This document shows positions 48,554 through 57,641 of a stretch of 64,000 nucleotides of DNA, piece after piece. A program made the translations under genes and the position numbers. Positions within the stretch are counted from its first letter, which is position 1. Every line of letters begins with the position of its first letter. The stretch lies in contig CAWABB010000006.1 of assembly GCA_963780165.1 (NCBI GenBank), forward strand, positions 395,499-459,498, written 5' to 3'. The notes beneath the pieces are model-generated. The model had not been told where the DNA came from. It saw nothing but the letters and a program-made list of their open reading frames with translations, and ran no database searches. The DNA comes from an uncultured Ignavibacteria bacterium (GTDB taxonomy: Bacteria; Bacteroidota; Ignavibacteria; UBA10030; UBA6906).

Positions 48554-49831
48554 ATGGGTCCAATGAGACGCACCATTCTCGTGGTCTGTGTTGCGCTTGT
48601 GTGGACATCGGCCGTTTTCGCCAGCGGGTTCCAGATCAACGAACACGGGGCGAAGGCGATGGGCATGGGGGGCGCGTTCGTAGCACAGGCTTCGGATCCG
48701 TCAGCGATCTTCTTCAACCCGGCAGGTCTCGGATTCCAGAAGGGGTTCAGCGCGATGTTAGGTGCGACCCTGATCATGCCCACCACCAGTCATACTACTC
48801 CGGGTGGTGTGACCACGGATATGGTGAGCCAAACCTTCTATCCCCCCAACGCTTACGTCACCTACGGGCTTGACTCACGGTGGAGCTTCGGGATCGGGTT
48901 CTTCGCCCCGTACGGGCTGGGGACCGAGTGGCCTAACAACTGGGCAGGCCAGAGGGAGGCTGTAAAGGCAGACCTGCAATCGTTCTACATCAACCCCGCT
49001 ATCTCCTTCCGCCCCACCGAGCAGCTTTCAATCGGCGTCGGATTCAGCTACATCATCAGCAATGTCAACTTGAATCGCCGAGTCAATCTGCCGCAAGTTC
49101 CGGTCAACCCGAATGACGGCACGGTAGATCTCGACGCCGACGGGACCTCGTACGATTTCAGCGTCGGTGTGCTGTACAAGCCCACGAAGGAGTTCTCGAT
49201 TGGTGCTTCGTACCGCCATTCGGCCGAAATAGACTACGAGGGAACGGCGACATTCACCAACATGCCGTCTTTGACAACCCCCCTCGGGACGATTTCGCTG
49301 GCACCTTACTTCCCGGGCGGGACTGGAAAGACGACAATCACCATGCCCAACCAGGGATGGATCGGCGTCGCTGTGACTCCGGCGGACCCGTTCACGCTGG
49401 AGGCGGACTTCCAGTGGACACGGTGGTCGACGTACGAGACCCTGGCAATCGATATCCCGGTCGGCCCAGTTTTCCCGCTCGCCGGTCGGCCGCTGCAGGG
49501 TCCATCCACCGCGGTGAAGGACTGGTTTGACGTGTTCATCGCTCGCCTGGGGGGCGAGTACCGCTGGGAGAAGGTCGCCCTCCGCCTCGGTATCATCTAT
49601 GACTTCTCGCCGCAGCCCGATCGGACGGCCGAGCCGCTGCTGCCGGATGCCGACCGCTGGGAAGGCACAATCGGTCTGGGCTACAAGTTCTCCCAGAATT
49701 TCGGCGTGGATATCGCCTATCAGTATATCATGTTCAAGGACCGGACACTTACCAACCCGCCGACGGCGTTCCCCGGAACGTATGAGAGCACTGCCAACCT
49801 CGTCGGTCTCGATCTGGTCTACACGCCGTAG
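48554..49831 (+). CDS. fadL: FadL/OMPP1/TodX family outer-membrane hydrophobic-compound transporter
   Basis: 425 aa. Signal peptide. N-terminal FadL-family signature GAKAMGMGGAFVAQASDPSAIFFNPAGL. C-terminal aromatic end ...GLDLVYTP. Confidence 0.85.
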   Translation: MGPMRRTILVVCVALVWTSAVFASGFQINEHGAKAMGMGGAFVAQASDPSAIFFNPAGLGFQKGFSAMLGATLIMPTTSHTTPGGVTTDMVSQTFYPPNAYVTYGLDSRWSFGIGFFAPYGLGTEWPNNWAGQREAVKADLQSFYINPAISFRPTEQLSIGVGFSYIISNVNLNRRVNLPQVPVNPNDGTVDLDADGTSYDFSVGVLYKPTKEFSIGASYRHSAEIDYEGTATFTNMPSLTTPLGTISLAPYFPGGTGKTTITMPNQGWIGVAVTPADPFTLEADFQWTRWSTYETLAIDIPVGPVFPLAGRPLQGPSTAVKDWFDVFIARLGGEYRWEKVALRLGIIYDFSPQPDRTAEPLLPDADRWEGTIGLGYKFSQNFGVDIAYQYIMFKDRTLTNPPTAFPGTYESTANLVGLDLVYTP

Positions 49832-49858
49832 TAAGCAGCGTTTGGATATGGTGACGAG

Positions 49859-49896
49859 GCAGGGGCCCCGCGCTGGCGGGGCCCCTGCACGTTTTT
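49859..49896 (+). terminator. Rho-independent terminator after fadL (first of two duplicated copies)
   Basis: gcaggggccccgc-gctg-gcggggcccctgc followed by acgtttttgcgg. Confidence 0.75.
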
Positions 49897-49939
49897 GCGG
49901 AGGGTGCCAGTGGGCCCTACGTAGGGCACGCGGGGAGAG

Positions 49940-49967
49940 GATGAGCGTCACCTAGGTGACGCTCATC
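49940..49967. repeat. palindromic element copy B3 (28-bp perfect inverted repeat, same core)
   Basis: gatgaGCGTCACCTAGGTGACGCtcatc. Confidence 0.85.
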
Positions 49968-50001
49968 TCATGGGAAGGTGGAAACTTCAGGGTGAAATGC
50001 A

Positions 50002-50039
50002 GCAGGGGCCTTGCAATGGCGGGGCCCCTGCGCGTTTTT
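50002..50039 (+). terminator. second terminator-like hairpin + T-tract (duplicate of 49859-49896 with two G.U-compatible changes)
   Basis: gcaggggccttgc-aatg-gcggggcccctgc followed by gcgtttttgcc. Confidence 0.6.
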
Positions 50040-50095
50040 GCCGGGAGGGGGATCGATCAGGATCTCGCACACGGGATGCGGGGAGACCGACATGC

Positions 50096-50137
50096 CATGC
50101 CACATGTGCGTCACCTAGGTGACGCACATGTGGCATG
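50096..50137. repeat. palindromic element copy A4 (42-bp perfect inverted repeat, same core)
   Basis: catgccacatgtGCGTCACCTAGGTGACGCacatgtggcatg. Confidence 0.85.
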
Positions 50138-50496
50138 TCTGGCTTGCGCGTGGGGCATTTGGGCCCTGTGACAGCACGCTTGCGGGGCGGGACGCCGCCC
50201 CGACGCCACACCCCGTGCGTGCTTCCTTCCCGGAGGGGAAGGCAACCCTACAAACCGATTCCGAGCGAAAAGACGCGTCAGGGAAGGTACGATCCAGCAA
50301 GCGGGGTGTCCAAACCGTTTGCGCCGGGATGCTGGAGGGGAGAAATGAAATTCAGAGAGGTACGGCGGGACGCAGTGGAGGAGAGCGAAACGACATATCT
50401 GTAAATGGTACAGCCGATCCTGAACAGGACCGGCCGATGGCGTGAAGGCCGCAGCGCGATGCTCACTGTCGCGGGCTACCGGAGCATGGGACTGGC

Positions 50497-51288
50497 TCAG
50501 GCATGCGGCCCCAGGCGCTGAAACACTCTCTCGCGGAACGATCTGCTCAGTGTCAGGCGGGTGCCGTCGAACAGCACGACCGAATATTCGCCGTAGAACA
50601 GCGGCTGCATCTCTTTGATGCGGTCGATGTTCACGATCGTCGAGCGGTGGATCCTCATGAACGAGCGGTACGGCAACTGCTGCTCCAGCTCCGAAATCTT
50701 TTCGCGCAAGAGGTGCTTCTTCGGTCCGGTATGGAGGCAGACGTAGTCGCCCTGTGCCTCGACCCAGTCGATCTCTTCCGCCCGGAGGAAGACGATCTTC
50801 CCTCCGGTCTTCAGCATGAGGCGGTCGGCCGGCGCCTCCTTGACGGACGTGGCACCGAGCATATTCAGCAGTCGGCGGCCCTTATCGCCGTTTCGCTGCT
50901 GCAGCACCTGTTCCCTGGCCCTGCCGAGCGCTTCGACAAAGCGCTCCTGGTCGAACGGTTTCAACAGGTAGTCCAGGGCGTGCACACGGAACGCCTCAAC
51001 GGCGTGCTGGTCGTATGCGGTCACAAACACGACGAGGGGGAGGTCGTCCTGATCCAGCTCGCGAAGGATCGCAAAACCGTCTTTCCCGGGCATCTGGACG
51101 TCCAGGAAGAGAAGATCGGGGTGAAGGGAACGAATCTGATGGATGGCATCATCGCCGCCGGCCGATTCGCCGACGACGTTTACGGTGGGATCATCCTTGA
51201 GCAGGAGATGAATCTTCTGGCGGCCGAGCGGCTCGTCGTCGACGATCATGACCCGAAGCCGATCCCCGTCGCTCGAATCCGGTTTCAT
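50497..51288 (-). CDS. LytTR-family two-component response regulator (receiver + LytTR DNA-binding domain)
   Basis: ORF 50497..51465. Receiver begins RLRVMIVDDEPLGRQ...LLFLDVQMPGKDG. C-terminal LytTR (FMRIHRSTIVNIDRIKE). Start at ATG 51288, with 51249 as an alternative. Confidence 0.8.
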   Translation of the reverse strand: MKPDSSDGDRLRVMIVDDEPLGRQKIHLLLKDDPTVNVVGESAGGDDAIHQIRSLHPDLLFLDVQMPGKDGFAILRELDQDDLPLVVFVTAYDQHAVEAFRVHALDYLLKPFDQERFVEALGRAREQVLQQRNGDKGRRLLNMLGATSVKEAPADRLMLKTGGKIVFLRAEEIDWVEAQGDYVCLHTGPKKHLLREKISELEQQLPYRSFMRIHRSTIVNIDRIKEMQPLFYGEYSVVLFDGTRLTLSRSFRERVFQRLGPHA

Positions 51289-52423
51289 CCACATCCTCCG
51301 GGGTGCTGCCCGCGGTTCTGAACGGAATGGTGAGCGATGCAAGGACGCCACCGCCGGGGACGCTCTGGATTTCAAAGTGCTGATCTGGACCGTACAGATG
51401 TTCCAGGATTGCCCGCGTCCTGGATAACCCAATCCCTTCGTGGAGCGGGTACCCCGCAGATCCATTGTTCGAAAGGCCCGGTCCAGTATCCTGTATCTGG
51501 AAGAGCAATGACCCGTTGCGCGATTGCGCCCTCACAGTGATACGCCCGGACCCGCCAGAAGTTTCGATCCCGTGTTTGATCGCGTTTTCGAGGAGTGGCT
51601 GCCAGACGAAACAGGGAACCTGGGCGCTGAGTGTCGCCGGTTCGATCTCGGTTTCCAGGGTCACTTTCTCGGCAAATCGTACCCGTTCGATGTCGAAATA
51701 GCTTTGAAGAGCCTGCAGTTCTGCGCCCAGTGGAGCAAACCGGGCGCCCGAATTGTCCAGCGTGATGCGAAGGAAATCCCCCAGCCTTGCGATCATCGTG
51801 TCGGCAGCCCGGGGACTGACATGGATGAGCGCGGAGATGGAATTCAGCGTATTGAAGAGAAAATGCGGGTGAAGCTGGTTCCGGAGCGACTCCAGCCGGG
51901 CCTCAGCCAGCCTTGTCTCGAGCCTGGACGTCCTCAACTTCTCCTCCTGGATCGTCCGGTAGTACTTCACGCCCTGATCCACAAGCACAATAATCCAGTA
52001 GACGAGAACCCCGTAATCAAAATACCCGATCAGGGAGGCCAGTACCTTGTTGTACGAGAAGGCGTAATCGGCCCCCCACCTGATCCAGGCAACCGTGACA
52101 TCGGTGAACACCCGCTGGAAGACGGCGATCACAAGGCTTGCGATCAGGTGTATTGTAAGGCTGCGGCGCCAGTGGTTTCGATCAAGGGGGAAGTGTTCGG
52201 CAAGGAGGAGGACCAGGGGGGTCAGGAGCAGCCAGCTGAGACAGTACATCCCAGCCGGCGCCAGAATGCTCAGGAATGGTAGCGGTTTCCCTTCCCGCGC
52301 ATACGCGAAATAGGTCTGCAGCGTCATCAGCACAAAATACGCTGCCCACGATCCGACAATGATCATCCATCGAAGTCGGACCTGTCTCTTGCTCTCTTCG
52401 ATGCTTTCTGCAACAGTGGTCAT
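51191..52423 (-). CDS. LytS/YehU-type sensor histidine kinase (5-6 TM sensor + His_kinase + HATPase_c)
   Basis: ORF 51191..52444. Start ATG 52423 (MTTVAESIEE). Multiple TM helices. H-box LRNQLHPHFLFNTLNSISALI is typical of the LytS family. HATPase blocks. A ~50-aa C-terminal tail overlaps the response-regulator start. Confidence 0.8.
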   Translation of the reverse strand: MTTVAESIEESKRQVRLRWMIIVGSWAAYFVLMTLQTYFAYAREGKPLPFLSILAPAGMYCLSWLLLTPLVLLLAEHFPLDRNHWRRSLTIHLIASLVIAVFQRVFTDVTVAWIRWGADYAFSYNKVLASLIGYFDYGVLVYWIIVLVDQGVKYYRTIQEEKLRTSRLETRLAEARLESLRNQLHPHFLFNTLNSISALIHVSPRAADTMIARLGDFLRITLDNSGARFAPLGAELQALQSYFDIERVRFAEKVTLETEIEPATLSAQVPCFVWQPLLENAIKHGIETSGGSGRITVRAQSRNGSLLFQIQDTGPGLSNNGSAGYPLHEGIGLSRTRAILEHLYGPDQHFEIQSVPGGGVLASLTIPFRTAGSTPEDVDETGFERRGSASGHDRRRRAARPPEDSSPAQG

Positions 52424-52630
52424 GGAGGTACACACCGGACACATCGTGGACGATCGGGAATGCGGTTTTCAAAGAACGCTACAATTGCCAAGAATCGCAA
52501 TTCCGGCGCGACGAACCGCTGGTTTTGGTCGCCGAAATGCAGGGGCGACAGGCCGTCGAAGGGCTCTTGAAAAGCTGACATATTCTTGTGAGATTGGAGG
52601 ACAGATGCGGGTGCCCGCGCGTGTCGGTCA

Positions 52631-53710
52631 GTGCGGAGACCGCATTTCAACCGAGCTACCATCGCCGCCGACCAGAGATTGCCTCCTCCGATAGACCTGG
52701 ATAGCCTCCGCCAAACCTTGTCAGCGCTTCGCCAGGCCAACACCTGCGTTGTGGGCGACGTGTGCCTGGATGCCTACTGGACGATCGACCAGAGCAGGTC
52801 CGAAGAATCGCTCGAGACCTCCCTTCGGACGCAGCCCGTCCGCGAGCAGAGGTACTTCGCCGGCGGCGGGTCGAACGTTGCGATGAACCTGAAGTCTCTC
52901 GGCGTCGGGCGCGTTGCCCTGTTTGGCGTGGTGGGCGACGATCCCTACGGCGGATGGTTGCGAGGGTCGCTTGGAGGAACCGGCATCGACGTCACGGGAG
53001 TCCTTGTCCAGCCGACCGACTGGGCGACACAGGTGTTCGTGAAGCCTCACGAAGGCGGCTCAGAACTGGCGCGGATAGATCTCGGGAATTGGAACAAACT
53101 GCTCGACAGTACCCGCCGCGGGATGCTCGAACGGATCGAGGCTGCCCTCCCCTCCGCTGACGTCGTCATCGTCAATGAGCAGGCGCTTCAGGGAATCCAC
53201 ACGTCACCGGACTTCCGCCGGTCGCTTCTCTCCCTCGTGCGATCAAAGGCCCCCGGCCGCGGGATCGTCGACAGCAGGCATTACATCGACGAGTTCGAAG
53301 GCCTCATGCGCAAATTGAATGCGCGGGAAGGCACCCGGCTCCTCGGAGAGGCTGGAGTCCCGTCCGAGTACATGCAGGTGGAAGACCTGTCGCGACTGGC
53401 CGGGCAACTCGTCGATCGCTGGAAGACGCCGATCGCTCTGACTGCGGGCGACAGGGGATCCATTGCGGCGTCGATGGATGGCGCCGTCCACATCCGCGCC
53501 GTGAAGCTGGACGGGCATCTCGATCCGGTGGGTGCAGGCGATGCGTACCTCGCGGGGCTCGCCTGCGGACTGGCCGGCAAGCTGGACCTCGTCGCCGCAG
53601 CACGCCTCGGGACCCTCACCGCTGCCGTCACCGTACGGAAGCTGCACCAACCCGGCACTGCGACGCCGGAGGAAATACTCGCACTCGCTGCCGGGCTCGT
53701 TTCGGAGTAA
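52631..53710 (+). CDS. PfkB-family carbohydrate kinase (ribokinase-like; HldE/RfaE domain-I-like)
   Basis: 359 aa. CVVGDVCLDAYW N-terminal motif and the DPVGAGDAYLAG anion-hole/ATP motif. Confidence 0.75.
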   Translation: MRRPHFNRATIAADQRLPPPIDLDSLRQTLSALRQANTCVVGDVCLDAYWTIDQSRSEESLETSLRTQPVREQRYFAGGGSNVAMNLKSLGVGRVALFGVVGDDPYGGWLRGSLGGTGIDVTGVLVQPTDWATQVFVKPHEGGSELARIDLGNWNKLLDSTRRGMLERIEAALPSADVVIVNEQALQGIHTSPDFRRSLLSLVRSKAPGRGIVDSRHYIDEFEGLMRKLNAREGTRLLGEAGVPSEYMQVEDLSRLAGQLVDRWKTPIALTAGDRGSIAASMDGAVHIRAVKLDGHLDPVGAGDAYLAGLACGLAGKLDLVAAARLGTLTAAVTVRKLHQPGTATPEEILALAAGLVSE

Positions 53711-53728
53711 ACCCCTTCCGGACGGACC

Positions 53729-54559
53729 CTATTTGAACGCCTTCCCGGCGGCGTACACCGCGTCTCCAAACCGGCGGAGGAGTTCCATCTCCTGCGGACT
53801 CAGCGGGCCCGCTTCCAGCGCCGCAAGATTTTCCTCAAGCTCCCTCCCGCTGCGCGGCGCGGTCAGGCAGACGTGGACGTGGGGGTTGGACAGCGCGAAC
53901 CTGTACAGCTGTCCTGCGGCAGGCCGAGGCTCGTTCGCCGGCCACTGCCGCGGCCTCCGGAGCAGCGCGGTCCACCGGGTGGCCGTGTAGGATATCACCC
54001 CGGGGTTGTGGCCGGCGAGATGCGGGAAGATGTCCCTCTCGGCCCCGCGGTGCGCAGCATTGTACCGGACCATCAGAACATCGACTTGCCCGCTCGACGC
54101 CAGCCTCCCCGCGAACGCCCGGTCGTGCGTCGAGAGCCCGATCGCTCGCACCTTCCCCTCGTCCCTCAACTTCAGCAGCTCTTCCCTGGCCCGGAGCGGG
54201 AACTCCTTTTCCTTCATTACTCCCATGAACAGGAACACGTCGATATAGTCGGTCCTGAACTGCCGTAGCCGCTTTTCCAGCGTGCGGCGGATGTTCGGAT
54301 ATCCGATGATGAGGTTGTACGCGCCTGTGACCAGGACGGTTGATTCCCGATGCCGCGGAAGGATCTCCCGCATCGCCTTCACCATCTGAAAATCAAATCC
54401 GTACGCAAAGAAGAGATTCACCCCGCGTTCGTGTGCGCGTATGATTGCGTCCGGTCCCGGACGGTAGCTGGCGGAGAGTCCGAGGCGAAATACCGGAATC
54501 CCGGTGCGACCCAGTACGGCCCGCAAAAAGGAACTCTGGGGAGTATTGTTGCTCACCAT
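53729..54559 (-). CDS. aldo/keto reductase family oxidoreductase
   Basis: 276 aa. AKR-like blocks (GVNLFFAYGFD, IDVFLFMGV, RAIGLSTHD). Confidence 0.65.
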   Translation of the reverse strand: MVSNNTPQSSFLRAVLGRTGIPVFRLGLSASYRPGPDAIIRAHERGVNLFFAYGFDFQMVKAMREILPRHRESTVLVTGAYNLIIGYPNIRRTLEKRLRQFRTDYIDVFLFMGVMKEKEFPLRAREELLKLRDEGKVRAIGLSTHDRAFAGRLASSGQVDVLMVRYNAAHRGAERDIFPHLAGHNPGVISYTATRWTALLRRPRQWPANEPRPAAGQLYRFALSNPHVHVCLTAPRSGRELEENLAALEAGPLSPQEMELLRRFGDAVYAAGKAFK

Positions 54560-54712
54560 GGCGATGGCTCATGCAGTATGGTCAGTCATTATGTTGATAG
54601 GGCACCGACGTCGCAGGCCAGTCAGCGCGGCCACTCAGTATGGCCACTCAACATGACAACCGAACACGGCCGCCCAATATGGCAACTCACGCCGGCCATT
54701 CACTACGGCCGC

Positions 54713-56023
54713 TCAATACGGATAGAACACGAAGAACATCGCTGATAGGCCGGCAAGGACCCACATCCCTGGCTTCACGGCGCGCGTCCGCCCCGTCAGC
54801 ACCATGAACAACGGGTGAAGAATGAACCCCGCCGTCATGCCGATGCCCACGTTATAGGTGAAGCTCATCAGCACGATCACGGAGAAGACGGGGATCGTTT
54901 CCGAAAGGTCCGAAAGCCTCAGGCGCGCCACGCTCGCGACCATCAGGCACCCCACCATCACGAGCGCCGGACCGTAGGCAAACGACGGGATGGACGAGAA
55001 CAGCGGGGCGCAGAAGAGAGCAAGGAGGAAGAGGAGCGCCGTCACGACGGCGGTGAGACCCGAGCGACCGCCCGCCGCAATCCCGGCTGCGGATTCGATA
55101 TAGGCTCCGCTCGTGGATGTCCCGAGCAACGCGCCGACCGTCGTCGCCAGCGCATCGACCAGCATCGGCTTCTCGATCTGCGGAAGGTTGCCGTTTTCGT
55201 CGACCAGGTTGGCCTTATAGGCGAGCCCGATCAGCGTACCGAGCGTATCGACGAACCCCATCACGAATACCGTGAGGACCACGCCGAGGACGCCCCAGCT
55301 GAGGGCCCCCGCGATATCGAGCTGCAGCGCGACCGGACCGAGCGCGGGCGGCCAACTGAAGAGGTACTCCGGAACCGGCGCGATGCCGAGCACGAATGCC
55401 ACGCCGCTGACGGCCAGGATGCTCGCAAGGAGGGCCACCGGCCACTTCTTCACCATCAGGAATCCGGCGAGCATGAAACCCGCGATGCCGAGGAGCACAC
55501 CGGGCTCGCGCAGATCGCCGACATGCACGGGCGCCCCCGGAGCCCCGAGGCGCACGAACCCCGTCTCGTTCAGGCCGATGAATGTCAGGAAGAGTCCGAT
55601 ACCGACAGTAAATCCGATCTTGAGGCTTTCGGGAATCGCGTCGGCCAGCCAGGACCGCACCTTGAGCAGCGTGAGGAGTGTGAAGAGAATACCGGCAAGG
55701 AAGACCGCTCCGAGCGCGGTTTGCCAGGAGTACCCCATGACTTTCACGACCGTGTACGCCAGAAAGGCGTTTTCGCCCATGTACGGTGCGATGGCGAAAG
55801 GGCGCTTTGCGTAGAGTCCCATCGTCAGCGTCCCGAACGCGGCCGTCAGGATGGTCGCCACCATGGACGGGCCGAAGGGGATCCCCGCAGCCTCCAGGAT
55901 CTTGGGGTTCACGATGATGATGTACGCCATTGTCACAAACGTCGTGACGCCGCCGATCGCCTCGCGGCCGATCGTGGTGCCGAGTCGATCCAGCTCGAAG
56001 TATCTGGTGAGCCATGCCTTCAT
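54713..56023 (-). CDS. NCS2-family nucleobase permease (AzgA/PbuG-like purine permease)
   Basis: ORF 54713..56074. Start MKAWLTRYFELDRLGTTIGREAIGGVTTFVTMAYIIIVNPKIL is the typical AzgA N-terminus. ~12 TM helices. Confidence 0.8.
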   Translation of the reverse strand: MKAWLTRYFELDRLGTTIGREAIGGVTTFVTMAYIIIVNPKILEAAGIPFGPSMVATILTAAFGTLTMGLYAKRPFAIAPYMGENAFLAYTVVKVMGYSWQTALGAVFLAGILFTLLTLLKVRSWLADAIPESLKIGFTVGIGLFLTFIGLNETGFVRLGAPGAPVHVGDLREPGVLLGIAGFMLAGFLMVKKWPVALLASILAVSGVAFVLGIAPVPEYLFSWPPALGPVALQLDIAGALSWGVLGVVLTVFVMGFVDTLGTLIGLAYKANLVDENGNLPQIEKPMLVDALATTVGALLGTSTSGAYIESAAGIAAGGRSGLTAVVTALLFLLALFCAPLFSSIPSFAYGPALVMVGCLMVASVARLRLSDLSETIPVFSVIVLMSFTYNVGIGMTAGFILHPLFMVLTGRTRAVKPGMWVLAGLSAMFFVFYPY

Positions 56024-56252
56024 GCGGACCTCAGAAATCAGGATTGCTCCAACATTCCCCCTCACCGTGATCACGGCCCGGGGGCGTGGGGAGAGGCTCG
56101 GCGGTCGCGGTGGGAAGCAGATGGAGGAACAGGGAAAACAGCCGAGGAATCGTACGAAAAGAAAGATGGCGAATCAAGGAAGGCCGGCGGTTGGAAAAGT
56201 ACGGCGACAGGAGTATATTGAGCGATGAAGGCGACGTTCTGACCGCAGCGCT

Positions 56253-57641
56253 ATGATCCTTTCCCGCTACATACTCCGGACCCACATCGGCCCGTTCATT
56301 TTCTCCGTATCGACGCTGATGTTCCTCTTCCTTCTCCAGTTCGTGATGAAGTTCATCGACCAGCTTGTGGGCAAGGGCCTCAGCGCCTGGGTCATCCTCG
56401 AGCTGATCCTGCTGAACCTGTCGTGGATGCTCGTGCTGGCCGTCCCGATGTCCGTCCTGGTCGCGGTGCTGATGGCGTTCGGCGGGCTCGCCTCGCGGAA
56501 CGAGATCACCGCCATGCGGGCGGGAGGGCTCAGCGTCACGCGGATGATGATGCCCATCGTGATCGCGAGCGTGGTGCTGGCGGGGGTCATGGTCTGGTTC
56601 AACAACTACGTCCTCCCGGAATCCAACTACCGACTCAAGACGCTGACGATGGACATCCGGCGCAAGCGGCCGACGCTCTCGCTGGTGGACGGCGTGTTCT
56701 CCCAGGATATCGGCGGATACAGCATCCTCGTGCGGAAGGCCCGGCAACAGTCGAACGAGCTCGTAGGGGTCACGCTGTACGACTACACCGATCCCGCGAG
56801 GAATGTGACCATCACGGCCGAACGGGGGAAGATTTCGTTCTCGGCGGACTACCGGAAGCTCATCATGGACCTTCAGAACGGCGAGATTCACACGCTCGAC
56901 CTGGACCAGATGAACCTGTACCGGAAGATTCGGTTCGACACGCACCGTATTGCGATGAATGTGGAGGGGTTCGACTTCGAACGGTCGGCAAAGGATGCGT
57001 TCAGCAGAAGCGACCGGGAGCTGAGCGCGCGGGTGATGCGGCGGATCGTCGACAGCCTTCGCACGGTCAACGAGAACGTCCAGCGCGAATTTGCCAAGGC
57101 GATGGAGGCGGAGAGCGAGCGCCTGCTCCAGGGGCAGTCGCTTCGGCCGCCGACCACCCCGCAGCGAGGGCGGCAGGGAGCCGTGCCCGGGGCATCCCTG
57201 CAGGCAGTGCAGTACCTCAGGGGAGTCGCCGGAAGCTACGCCGGACGGCTTGAGGGGCTCAGGCGTCAGATCAACGTGTACCTCGTGGAGATAAACAAGA
57301 AGTACTCCATCCCGGCGGCATGCATCGTGTTCGTGCTGGTCGGTGCACCCCTGGGCGTCATCACCCGCAGAGGCGGGTTCGGCATCGCGGCCTCCATGAG
57401 CCTGGGGTTCTTCGTGCTCTACTGGTCGTGCCTGATCGGCGGCGAAAAGCTTGCCGACCGGGGCATCGTCTCACCGTTCACGGGCATGTGGATCGCAAAC
57501 ATCATCATCGGGCTCCTCGGCGTCTATCTCACCGCACGTGTGCGGAAGGAGGCTCTGCTCATTAACTGGGCGGGCTTACAACGGTTCCTCCCCCGCCGCT
57601 GGCGCACCGAACGCTCTCAGGATCCGCTGATCCCGACATGA
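56253..57641 (+). CDS. LptF/LptG-family LPS export permease (YjgP/YjgQ), first of pair
   Basis: 462 aa; MILSRYILRTHIGPFIFSVSTLMFLFLL N-terminus typical of LptF/LptG; large periplasmic beta-jellyroll insert; 6 TM helices. Confidence 0.8.
   Translation: MILSRYILRTHIGPFIFSVSTLMFLFLLQFVMKFIDQLVGKGLSAWVILELILLNLSWMLVLAVPMSVLVAVLMAFGGLASRNEITAMRAGGLSVTRMMMPIVIASVVLAGVMVWFNNYVLPESNYRLKTLTMDIRRKRPTLSLVDGVFSQDIGGYSILVRKARQQSNELVGVTLYDYTDPARNVTITAERGKISFSADYRKLIMDLQNGEIHTLDLDQMNLYRKIRFDTHRIAMNVEGFDFERSAKDAFSRSDRELSARVMRRIVDSLRTVNENVQREFAKAMEAESERLLQGQSLRPPTTPQRGRQGAVPGASLQAVQYLRGVAGSYAGRLEGLRRQINVYLVEINKKYSIPAACIVFVLVGAPLGVITRRGGFGIAASMSLGFFVLYWSCLIGGEKLADRGIVSPFTGMWIANIIIGLLGVYLTARVRKEALLINWAGLQRFLPRRWRTERSQDPLIPT

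Noticed and set aside
48182-50137. CRISPR array hypothesis for the repeated palindromes
   Set aside because: Only four copies. Spacing is irregular (140-1550 bp) with a gene in the middle. The copies are inverted-repeat hairpins of varying length rather than identical direct repeats. No cas genes.
48182-50137. Palindromes as binding sites of the adjacent LytTR regulator
   Set aside because: Established LytTR sites are imperfect direct repeats separated by ~12 bp, not long perfect palindromes.
49956-50445. Small ORFs 49956..50171, 49987..50211, 50119..50445 in the region downstream of fadL
   Set aside because: They span the duplicated terminator and palindrome modules, have no RBS or homology, and show mirror-image translations caused by the palindromes.
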